Assembly: GCF_024502345.1 (NCBI RefSeq)
Contig: NZ_JALDNN010000001.1
Strand: one strand, 5' to 3'
Length of the DNA: 64,000 nt
Origin: Escherichia coli
GTDB taxonomy: Bacteria > Pseudomonadota > Gammaproteobacteria > Enterobacterales > Enterobacteriaceae
Part shown: positions 61,046 to 64,000 of the stretch, in pieces
Position numbering within the stretch: the stretch's first letter is position 1
Layout: each line of letters starts with the position of its first letter
Notes under the pieces: model-generated
Seen by the model: the letters and a program-made list of their open reading frames with translations, nothing else
What the model was told of the DNA's origin: nothing
The model's database searches: none
Made by a program: the position numbers and the translations under genes

Positions 61046-61387
61046 TTAACCTGACATCCACTCACGCACCCATCTCGATACTTGCACTGCAAATTTTGGA
61101 GATAGCCACTGAGCTAAATTAATTGCGATGTCTGGATGAACCCAAGTCCCTTGATTCTCTGCTCTTCCGCCTTTAAATGATTGAATTAACTCCGATATGG
61201 GAATCCCCATATCGCGTGATAATTCATCAAAAAAATCTTGTGTTGTTTTTAGTCGTGTATAGTCAGCAAGTAGCTTCCCCGCAGACTTGCACATCGCGGT
61301 GGCATTGATGTATCCGTCTTTGGTGCGAAGATGGATGACTTCTCCATCAACTTCTCTAGCGATTAATGCAAGTTGAAATTGTGTCAT
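61046..61387 (-). CDS. KilA-N-domain protein in the rexA position, immediately downstream of cI
   Basis: 113-aa ORF with KilA-N hallmark segments (…DGYINATAMCKSAGKLLADY… and …GTWVHPDIAINLAQWLSPKFAVQVSRWV…); 31 bp from the cI stop, same strand. Confidence 0.65.
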   Translation of the reverse strand: MTQFQLALIAREVDGEVIHLRTKDGYINATAMCKSAGKLLADYTRLKTTQDFFDELSRDMGIPISELIQSFKGGRAENQGTWVHPDIAINLAQWLSPKFAVQVSRWVREWMSG

Positions 61388-61418
61388 AAATCATCCTATT
61401 ACGTGAAAAATAAAACAA

Positions 61419-62135
<717 letters not shown>

Positions 62136-62142
62136 TTAAATC

Positions 62143-62206
62143 TATCACCGCAAGGGATAAACTTCTAACACCGTGCGTGTTGACTATTTTACCTCTAGCG
62201 GTGATA
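62143..62206. promoter_or_regulatory. lambda-type right operator oR3-oR2-oR1 with pRM/pR
   Basis: tatcaccgcaagggata (OR3), taacaccgtgcgtgttg (OR2), tacctctagcggtgata (OR1, one change from lambda) between divergent cI and cro. Confidence 0.88.
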
Positions 62207-62232
62207 ATGGTTGCCTGTACTAAGGAGGTTGT

Positions 62233-62433
62233 ATGGAACAACGCATAACCCTGAAAGATTATGCAATACGCTTTGGGCAAACCAAGACGGCTAAAGATCT
62301 CGGCGTATATCAAAGCGCGATTAACAAGGCCATTCATGCAGGCCGAAAGATTTTTTTAACTATAAACGCTGATGGAAGCGTTTATGCGGAAGAAATAAAG
62401 CCCTTCCCAAGTAACAAAAAAACAACTGCATAA
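62233..62433 (+). CDS. cro: lambda-type Cro repressor
   Basis: 66-aa translation [66 protein letters not shown], two substitutions from recalled lambda Cro; RBS taaggaggttgtATG. Confidence 0.93.
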   Translation: MEQRITLKDYAIRFGQTKTAKDLGVYQSAINKAIHAGRKIFLTINADGSVYAEEIKPFPSNKKTTA

Positions 62434-62440
62434 GTAACAC

Positions 62441-62486
62441 CGCTCTTTTCACAATGGACATTCGTCCTACGTCGCTGACAAAGCGA
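62441..62486 (+). promoter_or_regulatory. nutR-like site: boxA-like cgctcttt plus P22-type boxB hairpin
   Basis: cgctcttttcac… then tcgctgacaaagcga (5-bp stem, GACAA loop), unlike the lambda boxB gccctgaaaaagggc. Confidence 0.5.
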
Positions 62487-62570
62487 GCCCCAAGATATCT
62501 GACCAACTAAGGCCATATGCGTTTCCACGCATACCTTTCAACTAACTATTCACTATTGGAAAATTAACAA

Positions 62571-62867
62571 ATGACACAAGCAAGTTATAGCAAGCCAACA
62601 CAGCGAGAAATTGATCGCGCTGAAACTGATTTACTCATCAACCTGTCAACGCTTACCCAGCGCGGTCTGGCAAAGATGATTGGCTGTCATGAATCGAAGA
62701 TAAGCAGAACGGACTGGAGATTTATTGCTTCGGTCTTGTGTGCTTTCGGAATGGCATCAGACATCAGTCCGATTAGCAGGGCTTTTAAGTATGCATTGGA
62801 TGGAATCACAAAGAAAAAATCCCCGGCTGCCACCGAGGATTCTGAGCAAATTGATATGCAATTCTGA
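62571..62867 (+). CDS. cII: CII-like transcriptional activator (divergent from lambda CII)
   Basis: 98-aa ORF in the cII position; C-terminus KKSPAATEDSEQIDMQF parallels lambda CII KKRPAATERSEQIQMEF, the rest is divergent. Confidence 0.6.
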   Translation: MTQASYSKPTQREIDRAETDLLINLSTLTQRGLAKMIGCHESKISRTDWRFIASVLCAFGMASDISPISRAFKYALDGITKKKSPAATEDSEQIDMQF

Positions 62868-62888
62868 GGGAATTACTGGATCAATCCA

Positions 62889-63062
62889 CAGGAGTAATTA
62901 TGACAAAACGTCGTAAGAAATACCAGGAAAAAGAAGAGATTCGACACCCTGATTCACCTGAGGGATTAGTGGTAGCCGCAGCAAATAACAGGGCGTTCGC
63001 AGAGCGCCTTGTTGGTGTTTACAGACTAGCCAAAGCAGGAGTGAAACATGGGCGTCGTTAAG
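62889..63062 (+). CDS. hypothetical small basic protein (58 aa)
   Basis: ORF MTKRRKKYQEKEEIRHPDSPEGL… with RBS acaggagtaattATG; stop overlaps the start of the next ORF. Below the ORF-track cutoff. Confidence 0.35.
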
Positions 63063-64000
63063 TTAGCTGATTACAGGCCTCAACTGGAGGTCGTGGAGCA
63101 TCGCGTGGCAGATACCGAAGATGGTTTCATGCGCGTTGCTAACGAGATTACTCAATATCCAGACCAGATTGAATCCGTTCGTAAAGGCATGGGATTCATT
63201 GATGAAGACCAGCGTAATTCTATCGGCACCTTAGCGGCTGGCGCACGCCTTGCGTCATCGTCTCCAGAAGCAATGCAATCATGGCTGCAAAACAACGCCG
63301 GTGAGTTAGCTCGTGTTGGCGTTAATCCTCATGACGTCGCTCAGATGTACCAACAGAACCCGCGGCAGTTCGTCGAATTTGTCGATCACCTGGGGATGAA
63401 CAGTCTCGGGCCCGAAAAATACTTTGACCTACAGGATAAAATGCAGGGTCGCCAGGTTACCATGCGCGGTCAGGATCTGGATTCGCAAACCGCCGCTCGG
63501 AATCAGGCAATCACAATGCGCGGACAAGATATCCAGGCGAATTTAGGTCAGCAGCGCATTAATCTGGACGCAGAAACAAACCGCATTAACAACGAAAATA
63601 AGCGCCTTGACCGGATGCTATCAGCAGAAACTAACGACCTGAAGCGCCAGGAAATACAGAGCCGCATAGCAGCCAACAACCAGCAGTTGCAGCAGAAGCA
63701 GCAAGCGCTAAATGATGGCTACAAAGACGGCATCAACACCCTCACAACCAGCATGTTCACTCTGAACGATATCGTTAGTTCTCCTTCACTTAAGAGCATT
63801 ACAGGCTTACGTGGAGTAATCCCCAACGTTCCAGGCTCACAGGCTGCAGACACTCAGGCACGACTTGATACCTTTAAATCACAAGCATACCTGACAGCGG
63901 TTCAGGCCATGCGAGGCATGGGCGCACTTTCTGATGCCGAGGGCAAAAAGCTCGACCAGGCTGTTGGTTCGCTGCAGAACTCGCAGAGCGAGGAGTCCTT
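63048..64000 (+). CDS. hypothetical phage protein, 3' end outside window; Q-rich with internal tandem repeat
   Basis: Frame open from ATG at 63048 (RBS aggagtgaaacATG) to the window end (over 317 codons); contains repeats TMRGQDLDSQ / TMRGQDIQAN; no similarity to lambda O. Confidence 0.5.
   Translation, partial: MGVVKLADYRPQLEVVEHRVADTEDGFMRVANEITQYPDQIESVRKGMGFIDEDQRNSIGTLAAGARLASSSPEAMQSWLQNNAGELARVGVNPHDVAQMYQQNPRQFVEFVDHLGMNSLGPEKYFDLQDKMQGRQVTMRGQDLDSQTAARNQAITMRGQDIQANLGQQRINLDAETNRINNENKRLDRMLSAETNDLKRQEIQSRIAANNQQLQQKQQALNDGYKDGINTLTTSMFTLNDIVSSPSLKSITGLRGVIPNVPGSQAADTQARLDTFKSQAYLTAVQAMRGMGALSDAEGKKLDQAVGSLQNSQSEES

Overview
This window is Escherichia coli chromosome from the cysA–ptsHI–ligA–gltX–glk–fry–frc/oxc–evgS–dsdA neighbourhood (about 51–54 min), read in the opposite orientation to the K-12 convention. 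Gene names and K-12 comparisons below come from recalled E. coli and phage lambda sequences, not from a database search. Roughly the first 46 kb is conserved core: cysA (3' part), cysM, yfeK, pdxK, crr-ptsI-ptsH, cysK, cysZ, zipA, ligA, ypeB, yfeH, yfeR, a lysV-valUXY tRNA cluster, gltX, yfeD/yfeC, two tRNA-Ala, yfeA(pdeA), nupC, mntH, ypeC, yfeO, glk, the fryBC-ypdFE-fryA PTS/peptidase operon, ypdCBA, alaC, ypdK, lpxP, yfdY, ypdI, yfdX and frc-oxc-yfdV-yfdE. The last 18 kb is accessory and rearranged: (1) a 1057-bp IS903-like element sits at a deletion junction that removed the 5' end of evgS, all of evgA and emrK, and the 5' part of emrY; (2) the cscRAKB sucrose island replaces dsdC and most of dsdX next to an intact dsdA; (3) an argW-type att core and torI begin a defective mosaic lambdoid prophage with a near-lambda immunity region (oL, cI, oR, cro) but no N and no rexAB. 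The most interesting candidate is the rexAB slot immediately downstream of cI, which holds a KilA-N-domain gene plus a second, possibly frameshifted gene, ending at a lambda-like terminator; this is a plausible lysogen-expressed exclusion/defence cassette of unknown function. Other notable points are EvgA-box palindromes upstream of yfdX and frc that have lost their regulator, absence of xapABR-yfeN next to lysV with tRNA-derived repeat scars, and an unidentified repeat-containing phage ORF running off the window end.
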